Assembly: GCF_013388255.1 (NCBI RefSeq)
Contig: NZ_CP058215.1
Span: 2,137,332-2,161,331 of the forward strand
DNA length: 24,000 bases
Direction of reading: 5' to 3'
Origin: Methanolobus zinderi
GTDB taxonomy: Archaea > Halobacteriota > Methanosarcinia > Methanosarcinales > Methanosarcinaceae
A program made the translations under genes and the position numbers. Below are positions 1 to 9,240 of the stretch, one piece after another. Numbering within the stretch: position 1 is the stretch's first letter; each line of letters starts with the position of its first letter. The notes under the pieces are model-generated. The model worked only from the letters and a program-made list of their open reading frames with translations, did not search any database and had not been told where the DNA came from.

Positions 1-330
1 GGTTATCTCAAAGAAAAAGGATTCGAAATACTCCAAATGTCAAAGCTTTCTTTTAAGGAACAAGTTAGAGCCTGTGCAGAAGCGAAGATTGTAATCGGAC
101 CTCATGGAGCTGGACTGACAAACATAGTATTCTGCAGAAATGCTAAAATCCTTGAGCTCTTTTCCCCTTCTTACCTTGGAGGGTTTTCTATACTTGCTAA
201 CCATGGAAGAAATGAATATTGGTATCTTTTAGGTGATGATACTCCCGGCAATTCGCCTCCCTCATGGAGAAATTTCAGGATTGACATCAAAGACCTGGAT
301 TTAACATTAAACAATATGCTAAAAGAATGA
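1..330 (+). CDS. DUF563/GT61-like glycosyltransferase, C-terminal fragment (5' end lies outside the window)
   Basis: Frame 1 is open from nt 1: GYLKEKGFEILQ precedes the first Met of the listed 37..330 ORF. The protein carries the 'IVIGPHGAGLTNIVFC' motif typical of DUF563/GT61 capsule-type glycosyltransferases. TGA stop at 328-330. Confidence 0.6.
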   Translation, partial: GYLKEKGFEILQMSKLSFKEQVRACAEAKIVIGPHGAGLTNIVFCRNAKILELFSPSYLGGFSILANHGRNEYWYLLGDDTPGNSPPSWRNFRIDIKDLDLTLNNMLKE

Positions 331-404
331 TATAAATAAACAATTTAGTTTTAGGATATTTCATATTTGTTAAGATACAAAAGGATTTCTGAGGAAGTAA
401 ATAA

Positions 405-1184
405 ATGATAATAAAAAATAAATCTCTAAAGTATAATATTGCGAAGAAACTTTATCATTTATCGGTTAAAATTGATAACTCAGGTAATAGCAACTTTGAA
501 ACAAATGGTGAAAAAAGGTTTATAAGAAATCTTTTTGAAGATTTGAAGAATAGAGATTCGCTGATTCTATTAGATGTTGGTGGAAATATTGGCGATTATA
601 CACAAATGTTATTTGAAAATGCAATTAAATTAAATGGAACTTTCCAAATACATGTTTTTGAACCAACTAGATATTGTTATTCCATGCTATCAAAAAGATT
701 TCGAGATAAAAGAATATTATTAAATAACACTGCATGTTCAAACATAAATCGATCTGCAGAAATATATTATGATCCTGAAGGAAGTGGTTTGGCATCAATG
801 TATAATCGCAATTTGAAAGCAATCGGAAATGAACTTAAAATAAAAGAAATGGTAAAAACCCAGAGATTAGATGATTACATAAAAAAGTGTAATATTGATC
901 ATATTGACTTCATTAAAGTGGATGTTGAAGGACATGAGAAAGCTGTATTTGAAGGAATTGGAGATTTTTTGAATCCTAATTTTGTTGATTATATTCAATT
1001 TGAGTATGGAGGAGCAAGCCTTGACAGTATGACTTCCCTTATGAACCTTTATGAAATTTTAGAGTCCAAAGGATTTATAGTAGCAAAAATATTGCCTGAT
1101 TCGCTTCATATCAGGGAGTACTCAGCATTTTTAGATAATTTTGAATATTCAAATTATGTAGCTATTTCTAAGAGACTAATCTAG
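405..1184 (+). CDS. FkbM-family SAM-dependent methyltransferase (likely sugar O-methyltransferase)
   Basis: FkbM hallmark motifs are present: 'LDVGGNIGDYT' (SAM-binding Gly loop), 'VFEPTR' and 'IDFIKVDVEGHE'. A GAGGA Shine-Dalgarno-like element lies upstream. The TAG stop is followed one nt later by the next ATG. Confidence 0.8.
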   Translation: MIIKNKSLKYNIAKKLYHLSVKIDNSGNSNFETNGEKRFIRNLFEDLKNRDSLILLDVGGNIGDYTQMLFENAIKLNGTFQIHVFEPTRYCYSMLSKRFRDKRILLNNTACSNINRSAEIYYDPEGSGLASMYNRNLKAIGNELKIKEMVKTQRLDDYIKKCNIDHIDFIKVDVEGHEKAVFEGIGDFLNPNFVDYIQFEYGGASLDSMTSLMNLYEILESKGFIVAKILPDSLHIREYSAFLDNFEYSNYVAISKRLI

Positions 1185-1185
1185 C

Positions 1186-2412
1186 ATGATACAAATCTAC
1201 CCATCCATAGACCAAAAGCTCAAATGCCCTATCTGCATTCAAGAAACTAAGGCAACCAAAATTGTATGGCAAGGTATACACGTAGGTGTTGAATCCACAT
1301 GCAAGGTATGTCAGAGAAGATTTTTTCAAGATTTGCATGTTGGACATTCAACATCAAAGCCATGTAGTGTGGATCTTGATAGTTTCCAACTTTTTTGTGA
1401 TAACGATCCAAAAGGTTGGTACTCAGAGCCATTGAGAGAATCCATAAAAAGTCCAAGTAACAAACATTTAGACTTTAAAAAAGAGATATACTCGGCCAGT
1501 GATAAAGTAATAATCTTAAATTGTATCGATTATTTGTATGGGCATTCTCTCCTTAAATTATTAAACGCTGAAAGACATTTAAAAAACCATCCCGACTATG
1601 GATTGATAGTTATTGTACCAAAATATCTGGAATGGATGACCCCAAAAGGTATTGCTGAAAAGTGGATTTTCGATATCCCTTTAAAAGAAGGTAAGGAATA
1701 TTTCATTGATTTTAATGAGAAGATACAAAATGAACTTCAGAGATTCTCAACTGTTTGCCTTAGTAAAGCGTGCGCTCATCCATCTGATTTTGATATAACT
1801 AATTTTACTGGAGTAAAAAAGCATGATTTCCAAAAAGATGAGTTTAGAATATCTTTTATCTGGAGAGAAGATAGAACTTGGATAAATAGTCTAGTTTTAA
1901 ATAAAGGAATTAATAAGTCTAAAAACAACATACTTAAAAATATACTATTGAATTGGCAAAAACGAAAAATAGTGAAGTTATTTTCAGGACTTAGAAAAAC
2001 ATTTCCTAACGCAAAATATACTGTTGCGGGAATTAGCAAACCTGAAAAATTTCCAAGTTGGATTGATAATCAGATAGTTCAAAAATTAGATGAAAATCTG
2101 GAAAAAAAGCTCTGCAATGTTTACTCAGAAAGCAGAGTAATAATTGGAGTGCATGGCTCAAATATTCTTTTGCCTTCAGCTCACGCAGGAATGACCATAG
2201 ACCTTATGCCAGAAGATAGATGGGGAAACTTTGCACAGGATATCCTGTATCAGGAAAAAGATGCTAGAATTAGTAGTTTTAGATATAGGTATGTGCCTAT
2301 CAATCAAAAAGTTAAATCTCTTTGCAAAATTGTTATCTGTATGATACAAAACCGAAATGGTTTTTATGAAAACATGTCAGAAACCATATTTACTAATGTA
2401 GATCAATTCTAA
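1186..2412 (+). CDS. Uncharacterised protein: N-terminal CxxC...CxxC zinc ribbon plus divergent DUF563/GT61-like glycosyltransferase body
   Basis: The long ORF is tightly coupled to the upstream gene. The N-terminus reads 'CPICIQ...(20 aa)...CKVCQ'. 'IDYLYGHSLLKLLNA' resembles the N-terminal YxHWLLE motif of DUF563. 'VIIGVHGSNILLPSAHAG' resembles the GxHGAGLTN motif also seen in ORF 1..330. The functional call is tentative. Confidence 0.45.
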   Translation: MIQIYPSIDQKLKCPICIQETKATKIVWQGIHVGVESTCKVCQRRFFQDLHVGHSTSKPCSVDLDSFQLFCDNDPKGWYSEPLRESIKSPSNKHLDFKKEIYSASDKVIILNCIDYLYGHSLLKLLNAERHLKNHPDYGLIVIVPKYLEWMTPKGIAEKWIFDIPLKEGKEYFIDFNEKIQNELQRFSTVCLSKACAHPSDFDITNFTGVKKHDFQKDEFRISFIWREDRTWINSLVLNKGINKSKNNILKNILLNWQKRKIVKLFSGLRKTFPNAKYTVAGISKPEKFPSWIDNQIVQKLDENLEKKLCNVYSESRVIIGVHGSNILLPSAHAGMTIDLMPEDRWGNFAQDILYQEKDARISSFRYRYVPINQKVKSLCKIVICMIQNRNGFYENMSETIFTNVDQF

Positions 2413-2641
2413 CACTCTAGTAGAATAGGAAAAATATGTTAAACTTTATTCCAGCACCGTTATGATTTGGGATACAGTCTTCATTATATTGAAAAAAAAT
2501 CAAAGGAAAAGATTCATACATTAAGGAAGATAATTTGGTTTCGTTTAAACTCAATAATTAAACCTTGATATTTTATGATGATTGATGATTCTATAAAATG
2601 ACCATATTCCAAATTAAAACAAGATCAATGCAGGTACAAAA

Positions 2642-3811
2642 ATGAAAGTACTTCACTACATTAGTGACTTTTCTCTTCCTTCCGAGACCTTCATTTATGA
2701 TTTAATCAATAACCTAGAGAAATCGAACAACTCCCAAAATTGGATTATAACTCATCGTAGACATTTAGAACATGAAAGGCCCTTTGAAAAGACAATTATC
2801 ATTAAAACACATCTTTTCAACAAAATATTACATAAAGTGGGAGATTACCATGGGTATAAAATGAATAAGCATGAAGAAGTACATGATGTGATAAATGCTA
2901 TTCAACCCAATATAATACATTCTCATTTTGGACCGAATGGCATACGCATGAATAATCTACTCATAAATTATGGATTTAATATCCCTCAGGTTGTATCTTT
3001 TCACGGTATGGATGTTAATACTTTACCTCATTACAGGCGAGGATATCTGAAATATATTCAAAGTCTTGGGGAACAAAATAATGTTTATTTCACGTCACCG
3101 TCTTATTTTTTAATGAATAAGATAATAAAACTTGGGATACCACCAAACAAAATATTTTTGCTGAAAAACTCATTTAACCCTTCTTTTTTGGAAAACAAGA
3201 AAACAAACTATTTCCGACATGGCGATGTCTTTAAGATTCTCAATGTCGGAAGGCTTGAAACTGTGAAAGGTCAAATATACCTCATAGAAGCATTTTCAAT
3301 ATTCTCAAATCATTACCCGAATAGCAAATTAACAATAATCGGGCAAGGTTCTTTAGAACAAAAATTAAAACAAAAAGCCAAAGTTCTTGGAGTAGAAAAT
3401 AAGATTATCTTTTTGGGTAGAGTTCCACACCAAAAGATGCCAAAAATTATAGCTGATCACGATTTATATGTGCAACCTTCGATTGTGAACGAAAAAGGAG
3501 AAGAAGAAAGTTTTTCGGTTTCTACCCTTGAAGCAATGGCAATTGGTTTGCCCGTTATTGCCTCCAAAGTAGGTGGTCTTCAAGAATTAGTTAAAAATAA
3601 CGGTGGATCTTTAGTAAATCCTGAAAATAGTGAAGAACTTGCAAATGAAATGTGTGCAATTGAAAAGAAAATCTCCAAATCAATTTACGAAAATAACAGA
3701 AACAAAGTGATTGAATTATATTCCCCTGAAAGAATAACCGACGATATGATAAGCATATACACTGAAATATTACAAAAACACAATTCAAACCACGTTTATC
3801 AAAATATTTAG
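2642..3811 (+). CDS. Glycosyltransferase family 4 (GT-B, Glycos_transf_1 type)
   Basis: C-terminal EX7E-type signature 'EESFSVSTLEAMAIGLPVIASKVGGLQELV'. The preceding 'ILNVGRLETVKGQIYLIEAF' block is typical of GT4. Confidence 0.85.
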   Translation: MKVLHYISDFSLPSETFIYDLINNLEKSNNSQNWIITHRRHLEHERPFEKTIIIKTHLFNKILHKVGDYHGYKMNKHEEVHDVINAIQPNIIHSHFGPNGIRMNNLLINYGFNIPQVVSFHGMDVNTLPHYRRGYLKYIQSLGEQNNVYFTSPSYFLMNKIIKLGIPPNKIFLLKNSFNPSFLENKKTNYFRHGDVFKILNVGRLETVKGQIYLIEAFSIFSNHYPNSKLTIIGQGSLEQKLKQKAKVLGVENKIIFLGRVPHQKMPKIIADHDLYVQPSIVNEKGEEESFSVSTLEAMAIGLPVIASKVGGLQELVKNNGGSLVNPENSEELANEMCAIEKKISKSIYENNRNKVIELYSPERITDDMISIYTEILQKHNSNHVYQNI

Positions 3812-3855
3812 CTGAAACTAAAACTGAACTTATGTTTAAAATATGAGGTCAAAGT

Positions 3856-4932
3856 GTGAAAATATTTGTCCACGTAACAGCATCAGCCATAGATAAGATG
3901 CAAAATAACAAGATATTCACCGGAGAAAAGAATTATCATGAAATGTTGTATGCTTTGCTTAGCTGGGGATCTGCATCCCTCATGGGTATAGAAAAAGAGA
4001 AATTAGGGAATGAATATTTTGTATCTATTTCAAATTCCAAATATCTCCAGAATATGTGGACAGAAGAGCAAAGCATAGAATTAAAGCACAATACAGATTG
4101 GCAAACAGATATTTTGAAAAAACAAATCGAAATTTTTGATCCAGATATTTTATATACTGTTAATCCATCCTGGATCGGCAAAAATATCGATAAACTCCCA
4201 GATATAAGAGTCTTCGCAGCATGGAGAGCGGCTCCTATAAGAAGCAAAGAAGATTATTCATGCTTTGATGTAGGTCTATCATACGCACCAATTTATATGG
4301 ACCTGATGAAAAAGCATGGAATCTCTAATGTAGAACACATGGATTTTTCATTTGACCCGGAAGTAAAAAAACGTCTCGATCAAATGGACTTGGAAAAACA
4401 GAATGATATCTGTTTTGTTGGAAGATATGGTAAGATGTTCAATCATCGGAATAAGCTACTCTATGATGTTTATCGCAAATTTAAGGATAACAATTCAATT
4501 GCATACCATCTACTCACCGAAAAAAGGTTTTGTGGGCTTATACCGCAGTTACCATGGAGAATGCTAAATGCCGTTAATGAGCCCGTTTTTTTGAATGAGC
4601 TGCTTGAAGTATTTGCCAGATCAAAAATTGTAATAAATTGCCATAGTGACATAGCAGGTCAACACAAAGGTAATATGCGAGTATTTGAAGCATTAGGAAC
4701 TGGATCCTTCATGCTTTCAGACAAAGGGATTTATCCAGAATTCCTTAAAGACGGAGAGGATTTTATCAGTTATGAAAATACCGATGATCTTTTAGATAAA
4801 ATTGAATACTATCTTAAGAATGAAGACGAAAGAGAAGAGATAGCCAAACATGGTTATGAAACGATCTGCAAGTATTATTCCACTGAAGCTGGAAGTAAGA
4901 AGCTTAGATCAATATTCGAGGATTATTTGTGA
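3856..4932 (+). CDS. CgeB-like glycosyltransferase (Glyco_trans_1_2 / DUF3880-like)
   Basis: GTG start with a GAGGT element about 8 nt upstream. The C-terminal block 'NMRVFEALGTGSFMLSD...ISYENTDDLLDKIEYYLKNEDEREEIAKHG' matches the CgeB-type GT1-like family pattern. Confidence 0.65.
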   Translation: MKIFVHVTASAIDKMQNNKIFTGEKNYHEMLYALLSWGSASLMGIEKEKLGNEYFVSISNSKYLQNMWTEEQSIELKHNTDWQTDILKKQIEIFDPDILYTVNPSWIGKNIDKLPDIRVFAAWRAAPIRSKEDYSCFDVGLSYAPIYMDLMKKHGISNVEHMDFSFDPEVKKRLDQMDLEKQNDICFVGRYGKMFNHRNKLLYDVYRKFKDNNSIAYHLLTEKRFCGLIPQLPWRMLNAVNEPVFLNELLEVFARSKIVINCHSDIAGQHKGNMRVFEALGTGSFMLSDKGIYPEFLKDGEDFISYENTDDLLDKIEYYLKNEDEREEIAKHGYETICKYYSTEAGSKKLRSIFEDYL

Positions 4933-6170
4933 GCACAAAAGTTCTCCATGTAACTGCCGGTGACCTAACAGAAGGAGCTGCCAGAGGTGCATACTGGCTA
5001 CATCGTGGACTTTTAAATAATAACATTGACTCAAAAATCTTAGTCCAGAATACTGATGGTAAAGACCCAAAAGTAAAACAGGTTTATGACAATAGATTTC
5101 ACGACCTTTCAGTCCTGTCAGGAATTGGCCTGGACCGTTTACCAACACTATTTTACTGGAAGCGGGATAAATCAATTTTCAGCACAGGCATAAGTGGAGT
5201 TGATATTAGAAAATTAAGTGATTACCAATGGGCAGACATAATCCACCTGCATTGGATCAACAATGGCATGATAAATGTCAGAATGCTTAAAGAGATTGAC
5301 AAACCGATAGTCTGGACGATGCGCGATATGTGGACAATGACAGGGGGCTGCCACTATGCCGGCGAATGCAAAAGATATGAAAAAAGATGTGGACACTGCC
5401 CAAAACTGAAAAGCAATACTGAACATGATCTCTCCAGATACGTATTGAAGCGCAAAGAAAGATATTATACAAAAAATCTACACCTTGTGGCTATAAGTAG
5501 CTGGTTAAAGGAGTGTGCAGAAAATAGCTATTTGCTAAATGAATTTGATATAGAAATAATCCCAAATGCAGTTGACACAAAGGATTTTTTCCCAACTGAC
5601 AAAAAGATAGCCAGGGAAAAACTGGGATTACCCGACGATCGAAAAGTAATTCTTTGCGGTGCTACAAGTATTCATGACAAATACAAGGGTTTCGATAAGT
5701 TTCGAGATTCAATAAAGTATCTGGATGACAGGTATTCCTTTCTATTCTTTGGAGAAACAAATTATGAAGAACTTGACAGGCTTGACAGGGAATATAAAAC
5801 CCTGGGATTCCTGAAAGAAAACAAAAGTCTAAGACTTGCTTATTCTGCTTCCGATGTGTTCGTTGCTCCGTCTGTCCAGGAAGCTTTTGGAAAAACATTG
5901 ATCGAAGCAATGGCGTGTGGCACTCCAGTTGTTGCTTTTGATGCCACCGGTCCAGGAGATATTGTCGGTCATAAAGAAACGGGCTATCTGGCAAAGCCTT
6001 TTGTTCCTGAGGATCTGGCCAGAGGCATCAGGTGGGTGCTGGAAGATGATGAGAGAAGATCAAATTTAACACAGCAATCCACAAGGAAAGTAGAAGATTG
6101 TTTTACAATAGACGTTATAGCTCAACGTTATGCCGAGTTATACAAAAATCTATTAGAATTGAATCTTTAG
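4929..6170 (+). CDS. Glycosyltransferase family 4
   Basis: The GTG start overlaps the previous stop (GTGA). The N-terminus 'KVLHVTAG' is typical of the family. A Cys cluster 'GGCHYAGECKRYEKRCGHCP' is common in this GT4 subgroup. The C-terminus reads 'EAFGKTLIEAMACGTPVVAFDATGPGDIV'. Confidence 0.85.
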   Translation: MSTKVLHVTAGDLTEGAARGAYWLHRGLLNNNIDSKILVQNTDGKDPKVKQVYDNRFHDLSVLSGIGLDRLPTLFYWKRDKSIFSTGISGVDIRKLSDYQWADIIHLHWINNGMINVRMLKEIDKPIVWTMRDMWTMTGGCHYAGECKRYEKRCGHCPKLKSNTEHDLSRYVLKRKERYYTKNLHLVAISSWLKECAENSYLLNEFDIEIIPNAVDTKDFFPTDKKIAREKLGLPDDRKVILCGATSIHDKYKGFDKFRDSIKYLDDRYSFLFFGETNYEELDRLDREYKTLGFLKENKSLRLAYSASDVFVAPSVQEAFGKTLIEAMACGTPVVAFDATGPGDIVGHKETGYLAKPFVPEDLARGIRWVLEDDERRSNLTQQSTRKVEDCFTIDVIAQRYAELYKNLLELNL

Positions 6171-6286
6171 AGTTTGTCATCCTATTGCAATCAAACCTTA
6201 AAGCTTGAAACGAAAAATGGATTATACAAATAGCAATAATTATCTACCCTGAAACAATTTATAACTTACTTGAGTTGAAATAATAA

Positions 6287-7237
6287 ATGTTAAAAAATTC
6301 CAAAATCTACATCGCAGGCCACCGTGGAATGGTAGGCTCGGCCATAAAAAGAAACCTTGAATCCAGAGGTTACACAAACCTGCTACATCGCACCCACAGT
6401 GAACTTGACCTGACAGACCAGTGGCAGGTAAATGAGTTCTTCGAGTCTGAGAAACCAGAATTTGTCTTCCTTGCAGCCGCAAAAGTTGGTGGGATACTTG
6501 CAAATAGCACATATCCTGCCCAGTTCATATACGAGAACCTCATGATCGAGGCAAATATCATCAATGCAGCTTATAAGTACAATGCCAAAAAACTGCTTTT
6601 CCTTGGTTCATCCTGCATCTATCCTAAATTCGCACCCCAGCCCATGAAAGAAGAATACCTACTTACCGGAGAACTGGAAGGAACAAATGAAGCTTACGCC
6701 ATAGCCAAAATTGCCGGAATCAGGTTGTGCAAGCATTACAACCAGCAATATGGTACCAATTTCATGTCCGTGATGCCCACAAATCTCTATGGTCAGAATG
6801 ATAACTTCAATCTTGAAACATCCCATGTAATGCCCGCACTTATACGTAAGTTCCATGAAGCAAAAATAAATGCTAAACCAGAGGTAGTAATCTGGGGAAC
6901 AGGCTCCCCAAAACGTGAATTCCTTCATGTTGATGACATGGCTGACGCGTGTATATATCTCATGGAGAACTATGATTATTCAGATACTGCTGAATTTGTG
7001 AATATAGGCACGGGAAAAGACCTTTCCATTAAGGAACTTGCAAAGATGATCAAAGATATCGTGGGATACAAAGGAGAGATTGTCTATGATCGCACAAAAC
7101 CTGACGGGACTCCACGCAAATTATTGGATGTAAGCAGGCTCCATGGACTCGGATGGAGAGGGAAGATAACCTTACGGGAAGGCATTGAACAGACCTACAA
7201 ATGGTACCTCGATAACCACAAAGATAAAAGGAGCTGA
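6287..7237 (+). CDS. fcl: GDP-L-fucose synthase (GDP-4-keto-6-deoxy-D-mannose 3,5-epimerase/4-reductase)
   Basis: '[15 protein letters not shown]' is the Rossmann motif. 'LGSSCIYPK' and 'YAIAKIAG' give the SDR catalytic S/Y/K context. The length of 316 aa is typical of Fcl/WcaG. Confidence 0.88.
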   Translation: MLKNSKIYIAGHRGMVGSAIKRNLESRGYTNLLHRTHSELDLTDQWQVNEFFESEKPEFVFLAAAKVGGILANSTYPAQFIYENLMIEANIINAAYKYNAKKLLFLGSSCIYPKFAPQPMKEEYLLTGELEGTNEAYAIAKIAGIRLCKHYNQQYGTNFMSVMPTNLYGQNDNFNLETSHVMPALIRKFHEAKINAKPEVVIWGTGSPKREFLHVDDMADACIYLMENYDYSDTAEFVNIGTGKDLSIKELAKMIKDIVGYKGEIVYDRTKPDGTPRKLLDVSRLHGLGWRGKITLREGIEQTYKWYLDNHKDKRS

Positions 7238-7272
7238 GTTCCATAAGTGGCACCAATGACTCGAAAGTTTCC

Positions 7273-8001
7273 GTGATAACTGCCTGTTTCAATAGCGAGC
7301 AGTTTATTGAAGAGACGATTCAAAGTGTCCTGGATCAAAGCTATCCAGACATAGAATACATAATAGTAGATGGCAGATCTTCCGATGGCACCATGGAGAT
7401 CGTAAAGAGATACGAGGACAGTATCTCAAAGATTATCAGTGAGCCTGATGAAGGTGTTTACGACGCAATGAACAAAGGGATTCAGAATTCTACAGGAGAT
7501 ATCATATATTTTCTGAATTCCGGTGATCATCTCCACAGCAAAGACACTATCAGCAATGTCATTGAAATGTTCTCAGATGATTCTGTTGTTACGGTCTATG
7601 GAAATGTCAGGATGATCGGGCAGGACGGACAAAAGAAGAATGTAAGGGGTTGCAGGGTAACATTGAACAGCCTGCTCTACCGGCGCATCTGCCACCAGGC
7701 ATTGTTCGTCCGAAAGGAACTTTTCGACGAGCTGGGTCTTTTTTCTTTGGAACTTAAACTCTCGGCAGATCATGAATTCATAGTCCGGGCATTCAAAAAG
7801 TATCCCCATGGCCTGATATATATGGACAAAACACTAGCTGAGTACAGAGACGACGGCATGAGTTGCAGGCAGATGACAAGAACAAAAATCGAGGATCTGG
7901 GCATAATTGCGAAAAATTATGATCGAATACATCATCTCTTTGGCGCGATTATTTGTGGTATCGTGATATTGAAATACAAAATCAAGGCATTTATATCTTG
8001 A
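7273..8001 (+). CDS. Glycosyltransferase family 2 (start codon uncertain, see findings)
   Basis: 'ITACFNSEQFIEETIQSVLDQSYPDIEYIIVDGRSSDGT', 'DEGVYDAMNKGI' and 'FLNSGD' are GT2 (GT-A) signatures. GTG at 7273 is the only canonical in-frame start. The conserved N-terminal strand continues upstream of it. Confidence 0.75.
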   Translation: MITACFNSEQFIEETIQSVLDQSYPDIEYIIVDGRSSDGTMEIVKRYEDSISKIISEPDEGVYDAMNKGIQNSTGDIIYFLNSGDHLHSKDTISNVIEMFSDDSVVTVYGNVRMIGQDGQKKNVRGCRVTLNSLLYRRICHQALFVRKELFDELGLFSLELKLSADHEFIVRAFKKYPHGLIYMDKTLAEYRDDGMSCRQMTRTKIEDLGIIAKNYDRIHHLFGAIICGIVILKYKIKAFIS

Positions 8002-8037
8002 ATTATATTATAAATGTACCTCTAAAGAGAATCTGCC

Positions 8038-9183
8038 ATGAATATTCTGGTAATTCCAACCACTGACTGGATAAAGCATCCTGTCCCTAATAGACTGAAC
8101 TTTATCTTTGATAAGATTGCACAAAAACATAACGTTCATGTCATCTATTTCAGGCTGAAGAGATTCGAGAACCAGACTCCGAGAAAAACAAAATGCAAGC
8201 TGCATGATGTGACTCTTTTCAATATGGATGACCCTTCCTCATACTATCTTGCCAACAGTTTTTTTCATTTTTACAAACTGTACAGCATCATAAAGAAGGA
8301 AAATATCGATGTGATAGTTTCTGCCAACATATTGCCTGCCTTTTTAGCGAATTTCGTGAAAGGAAGTAAACCTATAATCTTTGATTATCTGGACCATTAC
8401 GAGGAATCGGCTGCTACATATTATCCAGATACTTTCTTCGGGAAGATAGTCAAAGGAGGTGTGAGGTCCATAATACGATACAACCTTATAAAAGCAGATT
8501 CTGTCATAACGGTAACTCACGAGTTTAAACGATTCCTCAACTCAGTAGGTGCCCGTGACGTGCATGTGATTCCAAACGGAGTGGATACATCTGTTTTTGA
8601 ACAGCTTGATACTGAAGAAGCTAAAATGAGTCTTGGACTTGAAGGCAATGTTATCGGCTATGTAGGCTCACTTGAGTACTGGGTCGACCTGGAAACGGTG
8701 ATCGAGGCACTTCCTGAGCTTGACGTTAAATTGCTTATTGTAGGACCTGGCTTGTTTACTGATTATGGAGAAAAGATAAAAGAACTTGCAGAAAAGCTGG
8801 ATGTAATCGACAAAATCATATTCACAGGCAGAGTTGAGTACGATCAGCTTTACAGATATATCTGTGCAATGGATATCGGGCTGAATCCCCTGAAGCACGT
8901 GAAGAAAAATGAGATAACTGTGGGGGGAAAAGTGTTCAATTACCTTGCATGCGGGAAACCTGTGCTAACAAGCAGGATGACTGCCCTTGAAAATCTTCTT
9001 GGTGATAGTCTTTTCTACTATGACGACAAGTATACATTTGCAAAAATAGTCAGACAAATTCTGAAAAAAGATACCGAAAATGAAAAATATATTGAAATTG
9101 CCAAAAAATATGACTGGAAAAACATTGCAGAGGAATACGAGGAAAGGTTGTTTATCGCTGCAGTAAATGAAGACAATACATGA
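8038..9183 (+). CDS. Glycosyltransferase family 4-like (GT-B)
   Basis: N-terminus 'MNILVIPTTDW', central 'VIGYVGSLEYWVDLETVIEA', and C-terminal 'GGKVFNYLACGKPVLTS', consistent with an archaeal GT1/GT4-type fold. Confidence 0.75.
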   Translation: MNILVIPTTDWIKHPVPNRLNFIFDKIAQKHNVHVIYFRLKRFENQTPRKTKCKLHDVTLFNMDDPSSYYLANSFFHFYKLYSIIKKENIDVIVSANILPAFLANFVKGSKPIIFDYLDHYEESAATYYPDTFFGKIVKGGVRSIIRYNLIKADSVITVTHEFKRFLNSVGARDVHVIPNGVDTSVFEQLDTEEAKMSLGLEGNVIGYVGSLEYWVDLETVIEALPELDVKLLIVGPGLFTDYGEKIKELAEKLDVIDKIIFTGRVEYDQLYRYICAMDIGLNPLKHVKKNEITVGGKVFNYLACGKPVLTSRMTALENLLGDSLFYYDDKYTFAKIVRQILKKDTENEKYIEIAKKYDWKNIAEEYEERLFIAAVNEDNT

Positions 9184-9240
9184 GACTTTATGAAATGCTA
9201 ATTTTTAAACACAATAATATTCTTGATAATGGGTGCAACT

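Noticed and set aside
2576-2589. Perfect tandem TGATGAT-TGATGAT in the 229-bp spacer upstream of the GT4 gene
   Set aside because: Two copies of a 7-mer in extremely AT-rich DNA are expected by chance. There is no further periodicity or symmetry around them.
1-4932. Treating the AT-rich block as a mobile element or genomic island with defined ends
   Set aside because: No integrase, transposase, tRNA attachment site or flanking direct repeats are visible. The left boundary is outside the window. Only compositional atypicality can be claimed.
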